DNA of 53,121 nt, from assembly GCA_963751345.1 (NCBI GenBank), contig CAVVUS010000026.1, positions 1 through 53,121 on the forward strand, in the 5' to 3' direction. Below are positions 31,551 through 42,013 of the stretch, one piece after another; the first letter of the stretch is position 1, and every line of letters starts with the position of its first letter. The DNA comes from an uncultured Chloroflexia bacterium (lineage in GTDB: Bacteria; Chloroflexota; Anaerolineae; B4-G1; SLSP01). Position numbers and translations under genes: made by a program. Under the pieces are notes generated by a model. It did no database searches. It was not told the DNA's origin and saw nothing but the letters and a program-made list of their open reading frames with translations.

Positions 31551-32529
31551 AGCGAATCCGCGGATCGAGCCAGGCCAGCAGGATATCCGAGATCAGCGTC
31601 CCGAACACGGTCAGGACCCCCAGGATCAACACAATGCTCCCCGCCAGGTACATATCCTGGTTGAGTGTGGCCTGCATCAGCACCGGGCCGATCATCTGGA
31701 GATTGAGCACGATCCCGACGATGACGCCACCGTTGATCAGGCCGGGCAACAACCACCCGATCGTGCTGAAGACAGGGTTCATCGCGATCCGGACGGGGTA
31801 TTTCAGTAACAGCCGCGTTTCGGTCAACCCTTTCGAACGCGCCGTGACCACATAGGGCTTTGATAGCTCATCCAACAGCGTCGCTCTTAACGTACGGATC
31901 AGCCCCGCCGTACCCGACAGGCCAATGATCACGATGGGCAGCCACGCGTTCGACAGCAAATCCAGGAACTTTGCGAACGAAAACGGAGCGTCTCTAAAGT
32001 CCATCGAGTAGAGGCTCGTGACCATGTTCCCGCTGGCGAGGAAGAATATCCAAGAGATGCCCAAGGCCAACAGGAAACTCGGAATTGCCAAACCGATGAA
32101 GCCGAAGGTGGTCGCCAGGTAGTCGAACCAGGAGTACTTGTAGATGGCGGAGAAAATGGCGATAGGGATCGCCAGCACATAGACCACCAGGAGGCTCGAC
32201 AGTGACACGAACATTGTGATGGGCAGACGCTCCACCAACAACTGGTTGACCGGGCGACTCCAGAAGAACGACATTCCGAAATTGCCGTGCAATAGGATGT
32301 TGCCGATCCACTTCGTATACTGAACATAGATGGACTGGTCGAGACCGTACTGCGCCTTGAGCGCGTCAATCTCCGCCTGGTTGAACACCTCACCCGCGGC
32401 TCGCCTCCCGTTGATATAGGTCGTCAGGTAATCGCCCGGCGGAAGCTGGATGATCACAAAAGAGATGATCGACAACAGCGCCAACATCGGGATCATGATC
32501 ACAAAACGGCGAGCGATATAAGCAAGCAT
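31534..32529 (-). CDS. OppB/DppB-type ABC permease
   Basis: IQLPPGD, YGLDQ, YVVTARSKGL, LDPRIR. Confidence 0.93.
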   Translation of the reverse strand: MLAYIARRFVIMIPMLALLSIISFVIIQLPPGDYLTTYINGRRAAGEVFNQAEIDALKAQYGLDQSIYVQYTKWIGNILLHGNFGMSFFWSRPVNQLLVERLPITMFVSLSSLLVVYVLAIPIAIFSAIYKYSWFDYLATTFGFIGLAIPSFLLALGISWIFFLASGNMVTSLYSMDFRDAPFSFAKFLDLLSNAWLPIVIIGLSGTAGLIRTLRATLLDELSKPYVVTARSKGLTETRLLLKYPVRIAMNPVFSTIGWLLPGLINGGVIVGIVLNLQMIGPVLMQATLNQDMYLAGSIVLILGVLTVFGTLISDILLAWLDPRIRYGAEG

Positions 32530-32654
32530 TCAGCACCTTCTCCTTCCCCAAAAAGAGCGGATAGCGCCCTATTTCCGAGCACCGACTGTCGCCGGATTCC
32601 TTCCAGCTACCTTGTGCCACTCGCCTGTCGTTCCAGCGCGAGACCTTCGGACCT

Positions 32655-32694
32655 GGCTCCCAGGTGTCGCCCGCAAGAGCGACACCTGGGAGCC
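32655..32694. repeat. Perfect 16-bp hairpin between the SBP and permease genes
   Basis: GGCTCCCAGGTGTCGC-N8-GCGACACCTGGGAGCC; GTAG at its foot on the minus strand. Confidence 0.85.
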
Positions 32695-32735
32695 TCTACC
32701 ATACACGATCAGTCGGTTGCCTTCTCCAGACTCAA

Positions 32736-34733
32736 CTACGCCTTGAAGAAGACCTGCTCCTGAGAGAACCACACGGCCGACGAACGACCAGAATGCGCCA
32801 TGTTGCCGAGATTGGGTGGGATGATCAGCGGATCGGCGACATTCGCGCGACAGAGGCAACATCGGGACGTTCGTATTGTACCAGGTGAAAAGCTTGTCCT
32901 GAGCCGCCAGGCCCTGATCCGTGTTGGGGTTCACGGCGGATAGCTCGACATCGATCGCATACAGTTCCTTCATCCAGTCGGGCGGTTCCTCGCCTTCGCG
33001 CGCCGCCGGAGGTCTGCCAGAGGTGCCACTGCTGCGCCCACAGGATACGACTGTCAGGCATGTAGTCCTGGGTGAGGAACGGCCAGTTGCAGTCATCCAG
33101 CCAGTCGATGCTCCCCTTCAGCTCGTTGGCGTCCCGCGTCGCGCTCCACAGCGTCTGCTCCATCGACTTCATGGGGGTGTAGATGCCGACTTCCTCGAGT
33201 TGGCTCTTGATGACCTCTGCGGGCTTGGCATAGAGCGCATCCAGCCGCACGTCGAACCTAAACTCAAAGCGGTTGCCATCAGGCCCAAGGCGCCAGCCGT
33301 CAGCATCCTTCTGGTCGAGGCCGGCCTCATCGAAGTACGTACCGGCCTGCTCCGGGTCATACGCTGCCGGGCAGCCAGGGGTTCTTCTCCCCCATGCCCA
33401 GGAACAGCACCTGGATGATCTCGTCGAAGTTGATCGCTGAGGCGAGACCAAGGCGGAACTCCCGCTTCGCAACTACTTCCGCCCATACCGGATCGGCGTT
33501 GTTGAAGTTCACGAAGAGCGCGACCGGCGCGTTGTGGTAGACCAGGTTCAGGTCGACCTTGTAGTTGTTCTCAGCTTCGTGCTCCTTGTAGAGCGCGATG
33601 TCGGTGTGGTTGAGGATCTCGCGACACCAGTTGATGCCGCCACCTACGATCGCGGTAGGAATGTTCTCCAGGGTGGAGACCACGACACTCTCGGTCCGAC
33701 CGACGTAGGGGAGCTGCTGTCCCTCGGTGTCGACGCGGTAGTAATAGGGATTGCGCTCCAGGATGAGCAGGGTATCCGGGTGGTCCATGACCAGATAGGG
33801 ATTCAGGACCGGATTGCCGATCATGCGTGCCGCACAGGTGCCACCGCCGCCGACGTCTATGTTGAGGAAGTTCCGGTACCATTCCGCATCCGTGAGCCCC
33901 GCCTCCATCAGTATGGTGTGGAGTTTATCGGGGTCGGCAAAGTCCTTGTGGAACTGCTCCATGTAGTGCCGGGGCTTGAGGAAGTAGCCGTAGTTCCCCC
34001 ACAGGGTGCCCATTCCCAGTTGCTTCAGCAAGCGACCGTTGGACTCCTTGAGGGTCAGTTTGAACGTGAAGTCGTCGACGATGTCGAGCGTCAACACGTC
34101 ACCCGAGGTCGTGGCGCCATCGCGATAGTAGCGGCTGACCGTCGACACCAACTCCGGATTGAGTACGAAGTCGTTCCAGGCGAAGTCGGTGTCCGCGGTC
34201 GTGACGGGCACTCCATCAGACCACTTGAGCCCCTTGCGCAGCGTCAGCTCATACTCGGTGCAGGACTCATTGACACTCCAGGAACTGCAGATACCTCCGG
34301 TTATCGGGCCAATGTGGTGCACCGGCGTGTTCAGCAGCCATTCGTAGGTGCTGTGCTGGCAGGGGTAGGACCACTCTGCTTGGTTGGTCACGGTCCGCAG
34401 GACCTCGTCCGGCCCGCTGTAGCGACCCACTTCCCAGTCCAGGTCCTCCTCAACAATCCGGCTACCGGGCCCAACAACAAACGGCTCCAAAGGCAGCCGC
34501 TCATCCACCGGCGGCAGCGTGCCCGCCGCCACCAACGCCGCCAGCTCCGGCGCTTCCTTGTACCTCGAACCCGAAGTAGCGGGAGCCATCGTGGCTTCCG
34601 GCTGCATTGTCGGTTCTTGCGTAGGGGCGGGCTCCGCGGTCGGTGCCCCGCAAGCCGCCGATATCGCACCGGCAGCCGCTAACGTCGAAACATACAGGAA
34701 CTCACGTCGCGTGATCTTGCCTCGCTTACTCAT
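32736..34733 (-). CDS. Family-5 solute-binding lipoprotein, sugar-associated subtype, Tat-exported (indels in the 3' part)
   Basis: TRREFL Tat motif plus SAAC lipobox, EAPEL...G.LPPVDERLP, GLKWSDG.P.T, RNPYYY.VD.EGQQLPY. Confidence 0.9.
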
Positions 34734-34842
34734 TCTTCGTCTCCTCCCCGGGGGATACATCTTCTGATGCAACTAGCCGATGTTGCCATACCTCCAATTA
34801 AGGCAGCCGTTGCTATATCTCGCTGATCCATCACCTCCTCTC

Positions 34843-34860
34843 TATGATATCGTTACCATA
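34843..34860. promoter_or_regulatory. LacI-family-like operator upstream of the SBP gene
   Basis: TATGATATCGTTACCATA: imperfect palindrome with a central CG (TG..A.CG.T..CA). Confidence 0.55.
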
Positions 34861-34924
34861 TCCTGGGACGGTAAAAAGAAACTATGCTGCACAGATCAGA
34901 AACCGGTGATACGTCCTGCTACCT

Positions 34925-35287
34925 TCACAGAAAGAGGCGCCACAGATAGACCCCACCCATCAACAACCCTTCAACAACGAAGAGCGTTATGATGGCGCGG
35001 CTGGAGAATCTGCCGTCGATCGAGCGCCGGAAATACTCCTCAGACACGACAATGAAGATCAGCCACAAAACCCCAAGCCCGACCGTACCGAACTTATCGA
35101 TACTGCTGAGCGCCCAAGGATTCACGTTGTGCATTCGCATGGGCAGATTGACCAAGAAAAGGAGGCGCATCTGTAACATCAGCCAAAGGGCAACCGCTGC
35201 AGAGGCTAACCACAATGCGTAAGCTAGTACAACCGATAGGATAGTCCGTATTCTGCTCTTAGAAGGAACCATATAACTTGGGTGCAT
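34925..35287 (-). CDS. Small three-TM membrane protein of unknown function
   Basis: Three hydrophobic stretches and an EEYFR motif; start uncertain (35287 or 35272). Confidence 0.75.
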   Translation of the reverse strand: MHPSYMVPSKSRIRTILSVVLAYALWLASAAVALWLMLQMRLLFLVNLPMRMHNVNPWALSSIDKFGTVGLGVLWLIFIVVSEEYFRRSIDGRFSSRAIITLFVVEGLLMGGVYLWRLFL

Positions 35288-35377
35288 TCCTTTGCACAGA
35301 GGGAAGATTCAACCGAGCAAACAGGCCAAGCCCCTAAGGACCCGGTGCGCAGATTGCCGTTTGGCGACAATGCCCAT

Positions 35378-35410
35378 AGTATACACAGGTAGTTTTAGTA
35401 TGTCAACATA
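35378..35410 (-). promoter_or_regulatory. Near-consensus sigma70 promoter with a palindrome over the -35 box
   Basis: TTGACA-N17-TATACT on the minus strand; TATGT-CA-ACATA at 35399-35410. Confidence 0.8.
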
Positions 35411-35428
35411 CCAAATGTCAGAATGCGG

Positions 35429-38011
35429 TCAGTCCAGGTGCAGGCGCAATGCCCTCTCGCCCACCATGATGATCAACTCGTCCGCAGGCAGATCGGCAAC
35501 GCCATAGGGGCTTTCGAAGTGTCGGAAGCCGGTAATGGGCTCCACCTCACCATTCCTCAGCAGTGGCCCCTCCCATCCAAAGGAGAACGTCTCGTCGCGA
35601 AGGCCGGTATACTGTACCGACAACGCCTGGAACGCCGGCGGGCGGCTCAGAACGGCTTCCTGGAATTCGGAGAACGTGCCGTCTTGGGCCTCTCGGCCCA
35701 TCTGGCAGAGCCAGACGTTCTCTCGTCCGTAGGAACGCAACTCACGCTGTGCCTGCAGCCCTGTCTCCAGCAATGCGATGCCCCGCGCCGCCGTCAGCGC
35801 GATGTAGCCTGACCCTTTCTGCGCGAACGCCCAGCCACCGTGCAGCGCATAGGCGTCAAAGGCATAGACAGGGAAGTAAGCGTGGGTGAATCCCATCCAG
35901 TCGTCCTCAGGTAGTGCATAGATCGCCACCAGGACATCCTGCCATTGTGCAACCCTCGGTAGGGAAGCGTTGCCCCGCCAATAGTTGGGCCGGCGGGCTT
36001 CGTGGAAATCCGAACAGGCAGGATGGTTGACGAAGACAGTCGACCCCGGCGCCAACGTGGCCTGCCAGACGTTCTCACGACTTCCCGGCTGTCCAGGCCG
36101 GTAGTCCTGCACCGAGCTAAGCGCGTAGTCCGGCGTGCGGTACATCACCTTATTGACTACATCGGCCTGGAAGCCCTCTTCACCCCCGACCAGACCTGGC
36201 GCGTGCTGCTCACGGCTCCACATCGCCTCCGGCTGGTCCCCCGCAATCTCCTGGATGAGTTGTGGGAACCCGTATTCGTCCGCACAGGCAAGGCTGACGT
36301 AGCCAATCGTCTCACTGTTGAACGCTCCCATCCCCCACATCAGCCGGCCGATACCCGAAGTTGCTTCCAGCATGCCGTGAAAGAGCTGTCCCGCCTCGGT
36401 CACGCCGCGAGTGGAGCCAAAGACGCCCTTGAAGGAATTCAGGGCCAGGCTGAACAGGGTCTTGTCCAGCATAGCGGTCGCCATCTCCCACACTTCGTCC
36501 TTCTCAGCAAACTCGACCAGATGCACCAGGGCGGCTATGACCTCAGCAAAGACAATGTCCGAGTCCCAGGCCGCGAACCCCCCGGCCGCTCGCTGCCTGA
36601 GCCAAGCCATCGCCCGCTGTTCGCCGTGCTCTCGGTGCCACGTGCCGGTCTGTCCGGATTCTACGAAGACACGCTCGGGGAAGCGCTCCCCGGCTAGGAT
36701 TTCGCAGGTGGACAGTAGCAGGGCATCTGCCTCGTCTTCTTCCGCGGGTTCATCCTCGTAGCGGTAACCAAGGACTGCCTCTTCCAGAGGAGTGGTCAGC
36801 GTCGCCGGAAACGCGGAGTCCGATCCGAAGCGCGTCAGGATCCCGATCAACCCCAATAACTCACGGATAGTGCCATACTCGCGGGCACTTACCCGGTCAA
36901 TAGCGCGCACAATAACAGGCGGCTCGACCACCGACCACCAACTCACCGCCATCTTGGCCATCTCGGCGAAGACATCGTCCGGATAGCGGGCTGCTTGCTT
37001 GAGCGCTTCGAAGCGACGATCAGTCAACTCACCATAGATCTGATCCGAAAAGCGGTTGTTGTCCAACGCCCAGACCGGCAGCTCTCGCGTGGCCCACATC
37101 TGCTCGTTGATATATTCCTCTTCTGTCGGTCTCAGGACCGCGTGGTAGAAACGCTCCGGGAAAGTGTACGCCGGCCCCAATGTCGCTTCAGTTTCCTGCG
37201 TAGGCCGGGCCCCTACCTCCGTTTCAGAATAGGTCTGCCCATTCGGAATCTGTAGCCGGACCGCGAAGCCCCTGGCCCATCGTCCCATCACCGGATCGAA
37301 GTCCAGGCAAATCTGTTCAAGTCGTTCAAACACGTTCTTGCGCAGACGAGCAGCGGCGAAGGTACGCTCCAATTCCCTCCGCCTCTTCAGCGGCAGGACA
37401 GTTGTGGGAATAGCGACGGCTCCTCCTCTGAGAGGTGCGAAGGTGTCTCCCGGACGGGCAGACATGACGCGCAGCGCCACCGCAAAGGGACCGGCGCCCA
37501 GGGCAACTCGCTCAAAGCGAATCAGGATCGGATTGTGGCCCTCAGCAAATGGTACCGTGAAGGAGACTGTCTCGGCGCCGGCACCGGACGATGCGTCATG
37601 GAACACATGGTGGTCATTGACCCAGACGTCAGCGGGACCGTATGCCGTGAGGAACAGGGTCACGTCCTGCGCCACAGGCACATCCACCCGGGTGTAGGCC
37701 CATGCCCGCAACAACTGACGCGTGGGCGTCACCTCGCTCAGATCAACAAAGTGATCCTCCTGGGTACTCAGGTAGGACCAGGACCCCTCATAGTCACCGA
37801 TCGTGACCTTGTGACCGACGAACGGAGTGTACTCGACCGGCATCTCGGTTATGCCCGAGTCCGTCACCACAGACGTAGCTACGGCGTGACCTTCCTCGCG
37901 AGTGCCGGCGTCGGCCCCCAGGTTGGGTAGCGGCGTCCGCTGTGGGCCGGCAACAAGCCAGTTGTGAATGTAGCCATCTTCAAGCTCATAACGGAGGTAG
38001 GACAGTTCCAT
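35429..38011 (-). CDS. Large hypothetical protein, possibly carbohydrate-active
   Basis: Intact ~860-aa ORF with AAGGAG before ATG 38011; beta-sandwich-like N-terminus, helical middle, beta-rich C-terminus. Confidence 0.75.
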   Translation of the reverse strand: MELSYLRYELEDGYIHNWLVAGPQRTPLPNLGADAGTREEGHAVATSVVTDSGITEMPVEYTPFVGHKVTIGDYEGSWSYLSTQEDHFVDLSEVTPTRQLLRAWAYTRVDVPVAQDVTLFLTAYGPADVWVNDHHVFHDASSGAGAETVSFTVPFAEGHNPILIRFERVALGAGPFAVALRVMSARPGDTFAPLRGGAVAIPTTVLPLKRRRELERTFAAARLRKNVFERLEQICLDFDPVMGRWARGFAVRLQIPNGQTYSETEVGARPTQETEATLGPAYTFPERFYHAVLRPTEEEYINEQMWATRELPVWALDNNRFSDQIYGELTDRRFEALKQAARYPDDVFAEMAKMAVSWWSVVEPPVIVRAIDRVSAREYGTIRELLGLIGILTRFGSDSAFPATLTTPLEEAVLGYRYEDEPAEEDEADALLLSTCEILAGERFPERVFVESGQTGTWHREHGEQRAMAWLRQRAAGGFAAWDSDIVFAEVIAALVHLVEFAEKDEVWEMATAMLDKTLFSLALNSFKGVFGSTRGVTEAGQLFHGMLEATSGIGRLMWGMGAFNSETIGYVSLACADEYGFPQLIQEIAGDQPEAMWSREQHAPGLVGGEEGFQADVVNKVMYRTPDYALSSVQDYRPGQPGSRENVWQATLAPGSTVFVNHPACSDFHEARRPNYWRGNASLPRVAQWQDVLVAIYALPEDDWMGFTHAYFPVYAFDAYALHGGWAFAQKGSGYIALTAARGIALLETGLQAQRELRSYGRENVWLCQMGREAQDGTFSEFQEAVLSRPPAFQALSVQYTGLRDETFSFGWEGPLLRNGEVEPITGFRHFESPYGVADLPADELIIMVGERALRLHLD

Positions 38012-38211
38012 CAATGCGACGCTCCTTTTTGGACAGTGTGCCCCAGCGTGAGATCGTGATTGGTGTCGGCGGACAGGGTACGACCACAGACACATTACCA
38101 TGGATCATTGGCTTGGCAACCGCGCGCACTTGCGCAGTTGCGACTTCCGGCCCATACTCGGCACGATCGAGGGTGCGGAAGCGGGCACTCATTCCACGCG
38201 GAGATATGTCC

Positions 38212-39027
38212 ATGAAGTATAGTGCCACCACAACCGGTCTTATGTCGCTCGACGAGCTCATCGCTCATCTGAGCACACATGAGCGTGTCGCAGGAATTCT
38301 ACAGATCGGTTCGTTGGCCGGGGGTACGATCACAGATGCCAGCGACTACGACCTCGTGATCGTACAGCGTGGCGAACAGGGTGCTGAGGCCCAGCCGCCC
38401 TGGTACGTCGGGATGACCCAGGTTGACCACCGGGCCACCGATCTGGTGTTTGTCGCCGCATCAGAGGTCGAGCGCCTCTCCACGCTGACTACACCCATTG
38501 GCCCGGGAGACGGGCTAGCGCCGATCATCCGTTGGATACAACGTGGCCACGTCGTCTTCGATCGCACCGGTCTGGTGGATCGGGCTCGATGCCACCTCGG
38601 ATCGAAGTCGTGGATAGAACCGGTCGACGACCAGGTTGTGCACGGCGTGTGGTTTGCGATCAACTACAACCTGGTCCAGACCCGTCGTATGCTGCTGGCC
38701 GATGACGCACTTTACCAGACCACCGCAATCATTCGCATGGCGGTCTACGGCCACCCGGACCTCTGGCACGGCTATTTCACGCTTCGCAAGCTCCCCTGGG
38801 AGGGAGATAAGGCCGCCGTTGCATACCTATCGCAGCATGACCCACAGTTTCTGGAGGCATACAAACAGTTCATCGCCGAGCCTGCACCGGCAGCGAAGCT
38901 GCTGGCCTACGAACGTGCTGCGGCCGGGGTCACGTCGGCCTGGGGAGGCCTTTGGCCCGCCGACACAACGGCCATGAATGTGGATTACGCCCTGGAAACG
39001 TGGCAGGCGCTGCTGCAGGCCCGCTAG
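38212..39027 (+). CDS. Pol-beta-superfamily nucleotidyltransferase domain protein
   Basis: IGSLAGG....SDYDLVIV (GS...DxD), a third Asp in TDLVF, helical C-terminus. Confidence 0.75.
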   Translation: MKYSATTTGLMSLDELIAHLSTHERVAGILQIGSLAGGTITDASDYDLVIVQRGEQGAEAQPPWYVGMTQVDHRATDLVFVAASEVERLSTLTTPIGPGDGLAPIIRWIQRGHVVFDRTGLVDRARCHLGSKSWIEPVDDQVVHGVWFAINYNLVQTRRMLLADDALYQTTAIIRMAVYGHPDLWHGYFTLRKLPWEGDKAAVAYLSQHDPQFLEAYKQFIAEPAPAAKLLAYERAAAGVTSAWGGLWPADTTAMNVDYALETWQALLQAR

Positions 39028-39034
39028 ATACACA

Positions 39035-40615
39035 ATGATCACATCGCCAAGGCATCCCAGCATAGCCGCAGGCCGTTCACCGGCGGAGGCTCATCACGCT
39101 TCTTGTGATGCTCATCGCGCTCGTCCGCCTCGTGTCCTTCACCGTGCAGTTTGCCCGTCTGAGCCTGCAGATGGACTTCGCGGCGTACTACACGGCCGGA
39201 GAAGCCGTCGACCGGGGGCTGGACCCGTATGTCAACCAGGTGGCGGCGGACCCGCCGCTCTGGGACGGCGTCGCACGCTACACCCATAGCCGGTTTCTCT
39301 ACCCGCCCCTCGCTGCCTATCTCTTCGTTCCGCTCGCCCGGCTGCCCTATCTATGGGCCAAGTCGCTGTGGGCGCTATCTGGAACTGCTCTGTACGGGCG
39401 CGAGCCTCGCCATCACCGCATGGGTCGATCGGCTTCCGAACGCATCACACGTCCCGCGTGGATGCTCATCGTCACAGCCACTGCACTCTTTCATCCGCTG
39501 CTCACCCATCTCGAGCGCGGCCAGATCGACTGCCTGACCCTGGTGCTCCTGATGCTAAGTATCGCCCTGATGATCAAGCGAGGCCGGTGGGGCCGGAAGG
39601 CCGGCATGTTGGGGACGTGGGCGCAGGGCTGCTTCTCGCCGTCGCCACGCTGCTGAAGCTCCACGTCGGCTTGATCCTGCCCTTTCTCCTCCTGCGCAGG
39701 CGTTTCTCGGTGAGCGCGGCGTACGCAGTGGGGATGGGGCTGATCGTCATCACATCGCTGCTCGTGGCCCCGGCGCTCTCCGTGGACTACGTCACGCACC
39801 AACTGCCGCGGATCTCGGTCTACGGTGAAGGTGGGACCGAGGCTATGCTGCTGAGCCCGGAGCCGCTGGAGCGGTTGCTGGCCGGCGTGCCCGAGGGGAT
39901 GACACGGCTCGCAAGCTCTGACCCCACTTCCGACCGCATCTATATGCGTGAGTACTTCTCATTCTTCGCCAATGGCACCCTGGTCAGGGAGGTCATGCCG
40001 ACAGTCCAGCGACTCGGTCTGCCCTGGAGCATATCGCGGCTCTCGATGGGGCTCTTCCTGCTGTGTTTTGGGGCTTTGGCTCTATGGCAGTGGCTCAACC
40101 GTGACATCTACCGCCGGGGAGGCGATACTCATCGCCAGCGTGTCGAGCCGTGTCACCGCCGAGCTTCTCTATTGGATCTTGGCGCTGACCGTGATCCTTA
40201 TAACGGCACCGGCAACGTGGGTCATGAACCTCGTCTGGCTGCTGCCCTTGTTCGTCATCCTCGCGGCCGAGGGGCATCGGGTGAACATGCAGGCACCGGC
40301 TCGCCCGTCAGTGGCCGTCTCTCATCGTCGTCTGGCTTGCTGCGTTGCTCCTCGCCGCTGTCCCGGATCGCATCATCTGCCTATGGCGTCACCGCGATAT
40401 TTCAGATCCCGGAATGGCTGCTCTATCCGTGGGGGTGGGTATGGGCCTCTCGGAAATACCTCGTCGCGGAGGGCCTGCTGTTGATCTCAATCGCGGGCTA
40501 CGTCACCGTGGCTTTTGGCGCAGCTACAGCAGGGCGCCAGCAAGCGCCGGGGCCCAGAAACGGGAAAAGCGCCGTGGAATCGGCGCTTTTCATCTCCAAG
40601 GAAAACCCTGGATGA
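39035..40615 (+). CDS. GT87/DUF2029-type membrane glycosyltransferase (multiple indels; 3' end uncertain)
   Basis: DFAAYY.AG...G.DPY, FLYPP, GQID, A.LLKL. Confidence 0.75.
40564..40591. terminator. Bidirectional intrinsic terminator
   Basis: GAAAAGCGCCG-TGGAAT-CGGCGCTTTTC, downstream of the tRNA. Confidence 0.85.
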
Positions 40616-40685
40616 CCCGCACAGGACTCGAACCTGTAACCAAGGGTTTAAGAGACCCCTGCTCTACCAATTGAGCTAGCGGGCC
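40613..40685 (-). tRNA. tRNA-Lys (anticodon CUU)
   Basis: 73-nt cloverleaf: GGCCCGC acceptor stem, TAGCTCAATTGGTAGAGC D-arm, CT-CTT-AA loop, GGTTCGAGTCC T-arm. Confidence 0.96.
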
Positions 40686-40702
40686 ATCTGCTGACGGGCA
40701 GA

Positions 40703-40731
40703 ATCTTACCACAACTGCGCGATTTTGACAA
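40703..40731 (-). promoter_or_regulatory. Sigma70 promoter of the tRNA
   Basis: TTGTCA-N17-TAAGAT with a TG extension. Confidence 0.8.
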
Positions 40732-40864
40732 GACGCCGCACGGTATTCCGCCAGATGGCGCGGCCATTATCGCCAGGTAGTGCTCCTGCGGCCCGCTGTA
40801 TCGTCGTCCCGATTCCGTGCTAGAATAGCTCTCAGGATCAAGTTCTAAGTCACGACGCAAGGCT

Positions 40865-42013
40865 ATGAAGCTACTCTATGTGAACCCGCCAGACGACACG
40901 ACGGCTAAGGTGCTTTCCGCGCTCGGCCGGCATCCGGAGTTGTCGATCGATACGGTGTCCCATATCAATGGGGCGGGCAAGCGCATCGCTGAAGAGCCGC
41001 CCGGATGCCGTGCTGATGGTGAGCCATCCGGACGCGGCCCATTGGACATCGGAGTTAGCTTCGGCGGGATGGACGGGGACCACGGTGCTCCTTGTTCCGG
41101 CGGACGATTGTGACGATGCCGAAGCTCTGATGCAGCACCCCGGCGTCATATGTCTGGCGGCGGAGAATGTGGAGGCACCTTATTTCCCGAGGTTGCTCGA
41201 TCGACTGGTGCAGACCGATCGCACACAGCACCTTCGGCGGCGACTGCGCCAGGCAGAGGACGCGCTCTCGCAGTTGCAGCGCTTCGACACGCTCAAGGGT
41301 CAGTTCATCCAGAACGTCTCCCACGAACTGCGGACCCCATTGGCCATCGTGAAGGGATACGTCGACCTCATTGCAGAGGGCTCGCTTTGGGGAATCCGGG
41401 AACCCATCCTCAACCAGGCGATCAGGCCATCCACACGCATACCAACAATCTGGTACGGTTGGTCGACTCGATCACCACACTTGGGGACGCTGACGTGGGG
41501 CGGCTGAGCCTCGTTCCACAGCCTCTCCCACCCATCTGTGACGCAGCGGTCAAGGCCATCCGGCAGCATGCACTGCGCCGCAGCATTGCCATCGTCTCGG
41601 AGATCCCGCAGACGTTGCCCGCAATTGACGTCGATGCGGAGGGTATGCTGCGTGCATTGAATCACGTCCTGGAGAACGCCGTGAAGTTCAGCCCGGAAGG
41701 AAGCGAGGTCCGATTCGTGGCCTTCGCGGACGATGGCTGGGTCTGGCTGCAGGTGAAAGATAACGGCATCGGCATCCCGACGACCGAGCTGGATCGCGTT
41801 TTCGACCGCTTCTACCAGGTCAACGGCCAGTCCACCCGCCGCTATGGTGGGATGGGCATTGGGCTTTCGCTGGTCAAGGAGGTGGTCGAGATCCATCACG
41901 GGGAGGTATGGGCAGAAAGCCCGGGCGAGGGACAGGGCACAACGATCTCGATCAAACTGCCGACTATGCAGGACAGGGCAGGGCCGGTGCCTTCCGGAAA
42001 AACCACAGGATGA
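40865..42013 (+). CDS. Cytoplasmic histidine kinase with a degenerate receiver-like N-terminus (indels)
   Basis: VSHELRTPL, ENAVKFS, DNGIGI, GMGIGLS; TGC-TAGAAT extended -10 at 40818-40826. Confidence 0.85.

Noticed and set aside
38212-40685. Genomic island integrated at tRNA-Lys
   Set aside because: No integrase, and no duplicated tRNA 3' end was seen in the window.
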